Shown: positions 17,071 to 25,473 of the stretch, piece after piece | How positions within the stretch are numbered: position 1 is the stretch's first letter | Layout of the letters: each line of letters opens with the position of its first letter | Assembly: GCA_040880545.1 (NCBI GenBank) | Contig: JBBDIE010000180.1 | Coordinates: forward strand, 13,962-64,897 | Length of the DNA: 50,936 bases | Source: Bacteroidales bacterium | Lineage (GTDB): Bacteria > Bacteroidota > Bacteroidia > Bacteroidales > GCA-2748055 | Direction of reading: 5' to 3' | The notes under the pieces: model-generated | What the model saw: only the letters and a program-made list of their open reading frames with translations | Database searches by the model: none | Told to the model about the DNA's origin: nothing | Made by a program: the position numbers and the translations under genes

Positions 17071-18452
17071 TCTTCCATAAATATTAAGGTCTCATACAAT
17101 GTGCCAATATGATTCTTCCCATCACTGTCCATGATTGCAAGGCCAAACACGTAGGAATTGGATACAGAAAGATCAAATTTCACGTCATTTTCTTTCCCAG
17201 TATCCAATTTACGCTTAATGATTACCCTGTACTTATCGTGGTCTGTATCCAGCCTCGCCAGTAAGAGATTCGATGTTGTATGCAGATCCGTATATGTTGA
17301 ATCTGGTTTGCTTAAATAATACCCCGGCACACCGGCAAACCCCCTGATCCGGGCCAACAGATCGTCCCTTTGGTCCACACTGATTTTATTAAAATAGGTC
17401 TGCCCCGTATGGCTTACGTTACTGGCAGAATTTATCAGGTTCTCCCTGGAAAACCGGTTCATCCTCACATTTGTAAAAGCCGGGCCGGCGTCAATCTCAC
17501 CGTTCCCATCACCCAGCGTTCCGTGACATTTGTAACATCCCTTCTGGTCATCTAAATAGATTGCCTCACCCAGTACCGGATCTCCGGTAAATGGAGTCTT
17601 TTCTGTAAGGAAGTATCCCGGATCCAGTATGGCCATACTTTGATCCATCCTGGTAATCTCCTGGGTGATTCCGTCCCATTCAAATGCGGGCCCCGACCTG
17701 TTATTTCCACCGTGAACAACATTTCGTTCAAATGAAATCTGTCCCTGATCAAAAACCAACCCACTGTCCTGGTCGGCAAACATATCAAATGCAAACCCAA
17801 AAGGCTCCGACAATGCAGTACTCCAGTTCCATATATCAACGCTTCCTGTTTCAGGGGCCATGGTCCCATTATGACAAACAGTGGCACAACCCGCATTTGC
17901 AAATGTCCCCGCTTGCCCCGATATTGACTCAATCTCAAACACCAGGCTGATTTGATCATCATTGCGTTGTGAGGTCCAGCCAACCGTTGAATCTGGTTTC
18001 AACGGGTCAGGATCACCACCCCATAACCAGGAGGCACGTGATGCATCCAGATCTGAATCGTTCCATTCCAATAGAAGGTAGAGGTACATACTATCATACG
18101 CCGCCTTCATAACAACCTCAGGATTGATGCCGTCGTTAAAACTCTCCAAACCATTATAGGTACCTGTCATATTTAATAATCCATCCGCTTCATAAACTCC
18201 GTGAGTATTGAGATTCGTTAATGATACTTTCAAGTAGTCTGCCTCATTCCAGTATTTTGCATCTATACTGAATACAGGAGATGAAACCAGGGATGCCTCC
18301 AGATTTTCAGTTTCAACAGGCACCCTTGGTGTGGGTATGGGATAAGGAACATAATAATCATCCGTACAGGAAGAAATCACCAGCTGAGTAGCACTGACAA
18401 CCACTAGTAGTGCATTAAAATTTAACGTATTTATTTTTGTCTTGAAGTTCAT
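17067..18452 (-). CDS. Lipoprotein with an ethylbenzene-dehydrogenase gamma-like (DOMON) domain and an inserted cytochrome c domain
   Basis: Lipobox ISSC; MKAAYDSMYLYLLLEWND, DIWNW, KRKLDTG..DVKF, FGLAIMD; heme motifs CATVCH (17871-17888) and CYKCH (17523-17537). The ORF track starts at TTG 18461. Confidence 0.75.
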   Translation of the reverse strand: MNFKTKINTLNFNALLVVVSATQLVISSCTDDYYVPYPIPTPRVPVETENLEASLVSSPVFSIDAKYWNEADYLKVSLTNLNTHGVYEADGLLNMTGTYNGLESFNDGINPEVVMKAAYDSMYLYLLLEWNDSDLDASRASWLWGGDPDPLKPDSTVGWTSQRNDDQISLVFEIESISGQAGTFANAGCATVCHNGTMAPETGSVDIWNWSTALSEPFGFAFDMFADQDSGLVFDQGQISFERNVVHGGNNRSGPAFEWDGITQEITRMDQSMAILDPGYFLTEKTPFTGDPVLGEAIYLDDQKGCYKCHGTLGDGNGEIDAGPAFTNVRMNRFSRENLINSASNVSHTGQTYFNKISVDQRDDLLARIRGFAGVPGYYLSKPDSTYTDLHTTSNLLLARLDTDHDKYRVIIKRKLDTGKENDVKFDLSVSNSYVFGLAIMDSDGKNHIGTLYETLIFMEE

Positions 18453-18611
18453 CTTGAGCAATCATTTTTTTGAATTCAGACATCATCAGATTACCAGTTG
18501 AGAAATACAGCTTGACCGTTGAAATGATCTTATGCGGAACATATACCCGGTTAAAATCAGTGCATTTGAAACCTGCAATTTTCAGGATTTACAAACAATC
18601 ACATGTTCAGA

Positions 18612-19577
18612 TCAGTTTTTTCGGTAATTGGCATTTATGCTAACATTGATTTTATCAGAAATAGAAGTAGATGTCACCCCGTAATCTGAAATTGCATTGA
18701 ACTCAAATTCACCTTTGAAACTACCCCTGAAGTTTGATCCATCCCCAGCTGCTGAATAGTCTGCCTGGCCCAAATAATTGAAATAGAGATCCACCTCCTT
18801 GGTTATTCCCTTAAATATCAGATCCCCTGATGCTTTATATCCATCACCGAAACTGGTAACAGTGGTGCTTTTATAATAGGCTGTATCGGTATTTAGATCC
18901 GAAACATAATATGAACCGTCGGTCAGTGTATCCGTTTCAACTCCCAGGTATCCATTAAGACAATTTCCCAGGTTATCGCGCCCAGGTTCACCTGTATTAG
19001 CACTGCTTAGTTGAACCCATGCTCTTATTTTTATATTGGCCGGAACTGCTTCATCAAAATCTATATCAATCCCAAATGAGTTGAATTTGCCCGTTAACAA
19101 TGCATTATCGCCCATATAAGCGGTAGACCAGTTTACATTTGAATGTGCCTTGTCAAATCTCCAGCTTCCATCTTCCGAATTTACTTTATCGTTTCCCCCT
19201 GGTTCCGTTACAAGAGTAATATCCATTGTAATATCCTCCAAAACCTCCACCAATACCGGGGAAGCAGTTCTGAAATTGTATCCTGCTGATTTCAGGATGT
19301 TCACATTCTCTGTATTAAAATGTGAGGAGAGATAATAGGAACCCTCATTCAGCCCGGCAATGGAATAAAATCCCTCTGCATCTGAAACAACGCTATTCAA
19401 TATTGTACCAGCTGTTGAATCGGTACTGACTGATACAACTGCACCCCTGGCAGGTATCGCATCTCCATAGGTAACATTACCCGCGACCGTATAGGTATTA
19501 TCTTTTCCACACTGATACAACATCAAACCGGATAATAAAAACAGGAATAAGAATGATCTGTTAATTTTTGTTTTCAT
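18612..19577 (-). CDS. YceI-family lipoprotein with an N-terminal carboxypeptidase-regulatory-like domain
   Basis: Probable lipoprotein signal ending LYQC; VSDAEGFYSIAGLNEGSYYL; YceI motifs FDKAHSNVNW, GKFNSF, SANTGEPGRD, GDLIFKGITKEV. Start set at MKTKINR. Confidence 0.82.
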   Translation of the reverse strand: MKTKINRSFLFLFLLSGLMLYQCGKDNTYTVAGNVTYGDAIPARGAVVSVSTDSTAGTILNSVVSDAEGFYSIAGLNEGSYYLSSHFNTENVNILKSAGYNFRTASPVLVEVLEDITMDITLVTEPGGNDKVNSEDGSWRFDKAHSNVNWSTAYMGDNALLTGKFNSFGIDIDFDEAVPANIKIRAWVQLSSANTGEPGRDNLGNCLNGYLGVETDTLTDGSYYVSDLNTDTAYYKSTTVTSFGDGYKASGDLIFKGITKEVDLYFNYLGQADYSAAGDGSNFRGSFKGEFEFNAISDYGVTSTSISDKINVSINANYRKN

Positions 19578-19735
19578 AGCAATCGTTTTTGGTGGTTTAT
19601 ATCTGGTTAGTATTTTTTCACTCACTCCAATTTGCCGTATCGGTAAGATTCAGGGTTACATTATGCCGTGTAAAACAACAGAAGGTCAATCCTGAAATGA
19701 CTTGAAGTAAATTAACGGTGAATTCTTAAGATAGT

Positions 19736-19791
19736 AAATACCGGAAATTACGTAATACGCGTATTCTTACAGAAATACCAGAATATACGTA
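19736..19791. promoter_or_regulatory. Direct-repeat and palindrome cluster, probable LuxR/NarL-type operator of the redox operon
   Basis: AAATACCGGAAATTACGTA (19736-19754) and AAATACCAGAATATACGTA (19773-19791) are 16/19 identical. Palindromes ATTACGTAAT and AATACGCGTATT overlap the first copy and the spacer. Confidence 0.55.
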
Positions 19792-19941
19792 GGGTCTCAT
19801 GATGCATCCCTTTAAAGAATATGTCAATAAAGTAGCGTGGCTGGATCAGCATCTTTGAGATCATAACTTGTCCTGTATTAAACGGCAGCCTGCAGCGTGC
19901 TTAAACGAGGGTACGCAGGTATCGGACATTATGGACAGATA

Positions 19942-21324
19942 CTATATAATTCCGTTCTGTACAGCATAATGAACAAGATCAATAACGCTCTTACTGTGAA
20001 TTTTCTGCATTAGGTTACGTCGGTGGGTTTCTACTGTTCTTACACTGATAAACAACTTGGTGGCTATGTCCTGATTGCTGTTCCCTTCAGCAATTAATTT
20101 CATGATCTCCAATTCACGGGATGTTAACGGCACTTCTCCGATTGCCCTGATGTTTTTTTTATTTCCCTGATCAGTGTTCCCTGTGTACAATATATCTTGT
20201 TTCTGATCCTTCGTGACATTGCATGCTAAACAAATCATACCGCAGTAATTGTCTTTGGAATCATACATCACTGAATTTGAAAACAGTACAGGAATTGAAC
20301 GGCCTTCCCTGGAATAATAAGTGTTCAGAATGTTACTTTTGTTTTTTAATTCATCATTTATTTTTACAACCAGATCCAATGGTTGTCCTATTAGCTCCTC
20401 TTCTTCATAACCCAAAAGTTCCAGACATGATTGATTCACCACCCGGATCTTACCCTGGACACCTGTGATGATCAGAGAATCGACCATTCTTTTCAAAATG
20501 TTGTGGAAATAATCTTTAGAAACGGTTATTTTTTCCAACGAGCCGATCATATTATTAAAAGAGGTTACAAATTCTTCTAATTCATCCCCTGTTTTTGATT
20601 TCATCGGCGCTTTGGTGGAAAAATCACCCATGGAGATTTTAGTGGTTGCCGTTAACAGATGCTTGATCGGAACTGTGATTTCCCTGACATAAAAGTACCC
20701 TCCGATGAGCAAACTCAGTACAGTAATTAAAGCAACAAAAATGATTATTCTGTGGGCCCTTGTATTGGTTGACTGATTGAATTCAATATTTCCCTCTATC
20801 TCAAGTAGTGAAATTACCATGGATTCATCAATCATTTCAATGGTCCTGTCTGCAATCAGATCCATTCTTTCCATCATCACCGCAGCTTCGAAATTATGTA
20901 TGGGCACTTCAATGGCAAAGATCTTTTCCGCAAGACTCAGGATCTCTTTAAAATTCTTTTCAAAATCATTGATCGCTGCAATATGCCTTTGATCTTTTAT
21001 AACCTGGTAACATATTCGCAGTTGATTACTTACTTCTTCCCTTAATCTATGGTAATTTTCAACTTCAATTTTATTTCCATGGATCAGGTAATCGTTCACC
21101 GGCATTACTAATTGAGAAAGCTTTATTTTCAGGCTATGGATATTATAGTGTACAACCGATTCCTTGAATATTTCGTTTGAACCTCTTTCAAGATTATTAA
21201 TACTGGTCAATGAAACTATTGATATTATGAACACCAGGATCTGTACCGCGACAATTCCCACCAACAACTTTCCAAAGATGGACAACCTGATGGCAGGAAA
21301 CTTTATTTTTTTCTTCTCACCCAT
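19942..21324 (-). CDS. Membrane-bound one-component regulator: TM - periplasmic helical sensor - TM - HAMP - PAS - LuxR HTH
   Basis: Two TM segments; HAMP ITVPIKHL...GDF...DELEEFVTSFNNM; PAS MVDSLIITGVQGKIRVVNQSCLELLGY..EELIG; HTH LTSRELEIMKLIAEGNSNQDIATKLFISVRTVETHRRNLMQKI. Confidence 0.88.
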   Translation of the reverse strand: MGEKKKIKFPAIRLSIFGKLLVGIVAVQILVFIISIVSLTSINNLERGSNEIFKESVVHYNIHSLKIKLSQLVMPVNDYLIHGNKIEVENYHRLREEVSNQLRICYQVIKDQRHIAAINDFEKNFKEILSLAEKIFAIEVPIHNFEAAVMMERMDLIADRTIEMIDESMVISLLEIEGNIEFNQSTNTRAHRIIIFVALITVLSLLIGGYFYVREITVPIKHLLTATTKISMGDFSTKAPMKSKTGDELEEFVTSFNNMIGSLEKITVSKDYFHNILKRMVDSLIITGVQGKIRVVNQSCLELLGYEEEELIGQPLDLVVKINDELKNKSNILNTYYSREGRSIPVLFSNSVMYDSKDNYCGMICLACNVTKDQKQDILYTGNTDQGNKKNIRAIGEVPLTSRELEIMKLIAEGNSNQDIATKLFISVRTVETHRRNLMQKIHSKSVIDLVHYAVQNGII

Positions 21325-21366
21325 AGGTATATGTCAGGGATAATGCAGCTTTCAATCTCAATGTTA

Positions 21367-21374
21367 CAAAAATA
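21367..21374 (-). promoter_or_regulatory. sigmaA -7 element (TATTTTTG) for the LuxR regulator
   Basis: Exact TAnnTTTG match 42 nt upstream of the ATG. Confidence 0.6.
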
Positions 21375-21499
21375 ATCGAACTACAGCAATAACAAGATGT
21401 GATGTTTTGTCTTGATAATCTGATACTTGCAACATATCGTATTTTTTGGTTATCCTACCATTTTAGTAGGAAACACCGACGTTCCAGCGGATGTAGCAA

Positions 21500-21917
21500 G
21501 AAGGATTTGGACCCCTGGAAAGTCTGTGCATAACAGGTAATTTATACTCCGTCTGAATAAATAATCCGGAATCTGGAAGTTCATCATCGATCTGTTGGAA
21601 ACTGGTTACTATGATTACTGATACCAGCCACTGGACTCCCATCGCTTAACACCACTCAGAGACAGGTTAAACACCTGTATACTGAATTCCCTGGTAATAT
21701 TTCCTGTACTGATAAAATTGAAATCATCAGCTGTCAGACTCAACCTGGTAGTGGCAATCTGCCCATCTCCGTTGTCCAATACAATCACTCTTTTTATCAA
21801 TCCATTGTCCAGCGTTAAAACATTGTTCTCCAATGAACTGTATGGTCCGACCTGTCCCTGTAATATGGCAAACCCGGTGATTACCAACAAAGTGATTGTA
21901 GCCAGGTAACTTCTCAT
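21500..21917 (-). pseudogene. Truncated secreted-protein gene, resembling the N-terminus of Bacteroidota alpha-galactosidase-like glycoside hydrolases
   Basis: Good signal peptide, then LTLDNGLIKRVI...NFIS...EFSI...SG..W, stopping after 100 aa (21615). A shifted frame continues INYLLCTDFPGV. Family recalled by eye; the left end is approximate. Confidence 0.45.
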
Positions 21918-21974
21918 TTTTGTGATATTTTAATTATGGAATCAAGGTAACAGATTAATCCCACGCAACGACTG

Positions 21975-22997
21975 TTACCTGGGATTGTATTTAGCGATTC
22001 TCAGAATCTTCTGGTAGTCCTGTTCCGAAACGATTTCTGCAACAGAGAGTTCCGGATTTCTCCTGGCATATTCCCTGACTATCTGCCATCCGAGCCAAAC
22101 AGCTGCCCTGCCTGGTGACTCTCCGGGAAAATAATAGGTAGTAGGTGCGTCGTCGGTAAGCTTTCTGATCTCCAGGAGATCTGTGGAGAATAGTAATTTA
22201 TGTTCCACCAGGTAGGTCCACATCTCCTTTTCATGTTTCTGACAAAATCTCAACTGATCCGGTGAAAATCCTATTTTCAGGCTGTCGGCCATATCAGGCA
22301 ATAGTGCATCGGTAAAATATAGCAACAACCCATTGTATACCAACCGGTTCAATACATTGTCAATGGAATCGTTGTATGGAAATTTCGCCGTTCCCCATAC
22401 ATGGACCACATCGGAGGGAATTTTTCCCGGATGCATATTATACTGCATGTACCTGGGGGTACGGAGCATATCATAAAATTTACAGTTCCTGCCAAGGTAC
22501 TGGTCAAGTCCGAGTCCGATGTAATTTTCTACAGTAAATAATTTATGGTTGAAGCGACTTACATAACCAACTATTTCTGGCACGGCTGAATCGGGGAAAT
22601 GATAGTGGTACCGTTTAAAAGCCGCTGTTAATTCAACTTCCGAGTCCGTGAGATCCGGGAAAATCTCCTGGGTGTATTCATAAACAGAATAATTGTCCGG
22701 GTCATTCACAAACATCGAAAGGTACGATCCGTAATACTTTTGGGATGCTGGTCCTATATTAATCACGTGTACATTGTAAACGTCATAGAAATCACCATAT
22801 TTATCGTAAAATCCGGATATCGCCTGATCAATTTCGTCAAAATTAAGATTAAACACCTCACGGTCAAATCTTTGAATCTCAACCTGCAGGTCAGTATCAG
22901 AAATATCTACATGCAGTGGATCATTTTTGCATCCTGTGAACGTTACTAACAGTAGCAGGTTGAAAATGAAGAACCGAAAGGATCGAATCATAAGCAT
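21975..22997 (-). CDS. gldB: GldB-like lipoprotein
   Basis: Lipobox FTGC; VEIQRFD, IGLGLDQYLG, MWTYLVEHKLLFS, ESPGRAAVWLGWQIVREY, KYNP. Start placed at 22997 or 22991 because a promoter abuts 23021. Confidence 0.9.
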   Translation of the reverse strand: MLMIRSFRFFIFNLLLLVTFTGCKNDPLHVDISDTDLQVEIQRFDREVFNLNFDEIDQAISGFYDKYGDFYDVYNVHVINIGPASQKYYGSYLSMFVNDPDNYSVYEYTQEIFPDLTDSEVELTAAFKRYHYHFPDSAVPEIVGYVSRFNHKLFTVENYIGLGLDQYLGRNCKFYDMLRTPRYMQYNMHPGKIPSDVVHVWGTAKFPYNDSIDNVLNRLVYNGLLLYFTDALLPDMADSLKIGFSPDQLRFCQKHEKEMWTYLVEHKLLFSTDLLEIRKLTDDAPTTYYFPGESPGRAAVWLGWQIVREYARRNPELSVAEIVSEQDYQKILRIAKYNPR

Positions 22998-23005
22998 AGT
23001 TATTT

Positions 23006-23030
23006 TAACTTTGTACAACATGCAAAAATA
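23006..23030. promoter_or_regulatory. Face-to-face pair of sigmaA -7 elements: TAACTTTG (+, 23006-23013) and TATTTTTG (-, 23023-23030)
   Basis: Two exact TAnnTTTG matches on opposite strands between divergent genes. Confidence 0.6.
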
Positions 23031-23063
23031 ATAAAATCATTGGCTCAATTTAAAAACAAAAAA

Positions 23064-23717
23064 ATGAAACGAATAGTATTAATGATGGCCCTTATTTTAT
23101 CAGTGGCCGGAATACAGGGACAGGGACTGGAGATCGGTATACATATGGAGCCTCAGTTTGCATGGATATCTTCCGATGAAGGGGCTGTAATCAATGATGG
23201 TACAATTTTCAATCTGAACACAGGTGTTGAATTTGATCTCTTTTTCATGCCCAATTATGCTTTCACCTTTGGATTGGATTTTAATAACCAGGGGGGTAAA
23301 ATGATATATTCCGACTCTATCGCCTTTCAGCAGACAAATGGAACGCTTGAGGTTCCGGCCGGAATCAGCGTAAAGCACAACCTTCAATACCTGGGGGTGC
23401 CACTGGGACTGAAGCTGACAACAACAGAGCTGGGATATACAACTTTTTTTATTCATGGCGGACTGGCGCCCTTGTTCAATCTGAAAGCATCTACATCATC
23501 CGATGAATTGGGATATGTAAGGGAAAACATAAAACCGGAGATCCATGCTTTTACCATGAATTATTTCATCGCTGCAGGGATTGAATACAGGCTGGCAGGC
23601 AATACAGCCATCGTTACCGGAGTGAAGTGGTCCTCCGGATTTAATGATGTTACTGCCAACGATTTTGCAACCAACAACCTCAACAGTATTGGTCTGCAGC
23701 TTGGCCTCAAATTTTAA
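23064..23717 (+). CDS. Outer-membrane beta-barrel protein (PorT/OMP_b-brl_2-like)
   Basis: Signal peptide; alternating strands; LQYLGVPLGLKL; terminal GLQLGLKF. Confidence 0.8.
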   Translation: MKRIVLMMALILSVAGIQGQGLEIGIHMEPQFAWISSDEGAVINDGTIFNLNTGVEFDLFFMPNYAFTFGLDFNNQGGKMIYSDSIAFQQTNGTLEVPAGISVKHNLQYLGVPLGLKLTTTELGYTTFFIHGGLAPLFNLKASTSSDELGYVRENIKPEIHAFTMNYFIAAGIEYRLAGNTAIVTGVKWSSGFNDVTANDFATNNLNSIGLQLGLKF

Positions 23718-23729
23718 CCATTTCCTCTG

Positions 23730-25385
23730 ATGAAGATCGCCTTACAACAAATCAATTACCTGGTTGGTGACATCTCCGGGAATAAGGAGCGGATTTTGGG
23801 ACAAGTGCAGCGTGCCGCACAGGACCGGGCAGATCTGGTCGTGTTTTCAGAGCTGGCCATTTGTGGATATCCGCCGCTGGACCTCCTTGAAAGGGGATCA
23901 TTTGTTGAATCCTGTATCAGCGCCATTGAAGATATCGCCCGGGAAATCCCTGCCCATATCGGAGTGATTGTGGGAGGGCCTGAATTCAATTCTAATCCGG
24001 AAGGTAAATTACTGTATAACAGTGCATACTTTCTTCTTAACGGGAAAATTGAAAAGGTATTCAGGAAATCACTGCTTCCCACGTACGATATTTTTGATGA
24101 ATACCGGTATTTTGAACCCAACCGTGAGTTCAGCATTCTGGATTTTAAAGGCAGGAAGATTGCTGTAACCATTTGCGAGGATTTGTGGGACGACCAGCCC
24201 ATGGAGACCAGGTTCTCAAGAAGCAGACTCTATACCAGGCACCCCCTTGAGCAAACCCTGGCCTTCGACCCGGAATTGGTAATCAACATCGCTGCATCGC
24301 CATTCTCCGCTGGCCGGACAACGGTAAAACAGCAGATTTTCACCAACAAGGCCAAAAAACATAAGCTGCCTGTATTTATGGTAAACCAGGTGGGGGCCAA
24401 TACTGAATTGATCTTCGAAGGAGGCTCACTCATTGCGGCACCAAACGGAGAAGTGTATCATCAGATGTCGATGTTTGAAGAAGATTACCTGGTCGCCGAT
24501 CTGTCGGATGTGATCAATTATACGGGCAATTCCAAGGCGGGAAGTTATGACAGGATTGGGATGATATGTGAGGGGCTGTCACTGGGCGTCCGGGATTATT
24601 TCAGGAAGTCGGGATTTAAAAAGGCGACCTTGGGACTTTCAGGTGGAATAGATTCAGCCGTAACCCTGGTTATTGCGGCCAGGGCCCTTGGCGGTGAAAA
24701 TATCCATGTGCTGCTCATGCCTTCACCCTACTCTTCCGATCACAGTATTACCGATTCGGAGCAGCTGGCGAAAAACCTGGGCATAAGTTACCATATTGTA
24801 CCCATTGGCGCTACGTTTGAAAAATACAGGGAAACATTAAAACCGGTTTTTGGTGAGCTGCCTGAAGATCTGGCCGAAGAGAATATACAGTCGCGGATAC
24901 GGAGTACCCTGCTGATGGCCCTTTCCAATAAAAAAGGACACATCCTTTTGAATACCAGTAATAAGAGTGAAACGGCTGTTGGTTATGGAACACTCTATGG
25001 TGATATGGCCGGGGGATTATCGGTTTTGGGCGATGTTTACAAGGTAGATGTTTATGCGCTGGCGAACTGGTTTAACAGGGACAGGGAAATCATCCCCGAG
25101 AACATCATCAGGAAACCACCGTCCGCTGAACTCAGACCGGGCCAGTTGGATTCCGACTCCCTGCCCGACTACGATGTACTTGACAAAATCCTTGAATTAT
25201 ATATTGAAAAACAGTGCACTGTAGATCATATCACCGGTGAGGGATTTGACAGGAAACTGGCAGAAAAAATAGTTAATATGGTTGACAGAAGTGAATATAA
25301 GCGATACCAGACTCCTCCCATTCTCAGAATATCCTCCAAGTCATTTGGTGTTGGAAGAAGGATCCCGATAGTTGGGAAATACTAA
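23730..25385 (+). CDS. nadE: Glutamine-dependent NAD+ synthetase
   Basis: Nitrilase domain (FSELAICGYPP, KSLLPTYDIFDE, ICEDLW) plus GLSGGIDS, ENIQSR, SNKSE, PPSAEL. Confidence 0.96.
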   Translation: MKIALQQINYLVGDISGNKERILGQVQRAAQDRADLVVFSELAICGYPPLDLLERGSFVESCISAIEDIAREIPAHIGVIVGGPEFNSNPEGKLLYNSAYFLLNGKIEKVFRKSLLPTYDIFDEYRYFEPNREFSILDFKGRKIAVTICEDLWDDQPMETRFSRSRLYTRHPLEQTLAFDPELVINIAASPFSAGRTTVKQQIFTNKAKKHKLPVFMVNQVGANTELIFEGGSLIAAPNGEVYHQMSMFEEDYLVADLSDVINYTGNSKAGSYDRIGMICEGLSLGVRDYFRKSGFKKATLGLSGGIDSAVTLVIAARALGGENIHVLLMPSPYSSDHSITDSEQLAKNLGISYHIVPIGATFEKYRETLKPVFGELPEDLAEENIQSRIRSTLLMALSNKKGHILLNTSNKSETAVGYGTLYGDMAGGLSVLGDVYKVDVYALANWFNRDREIIPENIIRKPPSAELRPGQLDSDSLPDYDVLDKILELYIEKQCTVDHITGEGFDRKLAEKIVNMVDRSEYKRYQTPPILRISSKSFGVGRRIPIVGKY

Positions 25386-25473
25386 AAATTCTATTTACTT
25401 TACCTTTTTACTAAAGTTTAGCTAAAAAATAGCTAATTTAGCATGTTACTCAACACAAAACACTTATAAGGAT

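Noticed and set aside
12039-19577. Selenocysteine or stop-codon recoding in the redox genes
   Set aside because: The TGA stops fall at natural family C-termini, and no motif is interrupted by a stop.
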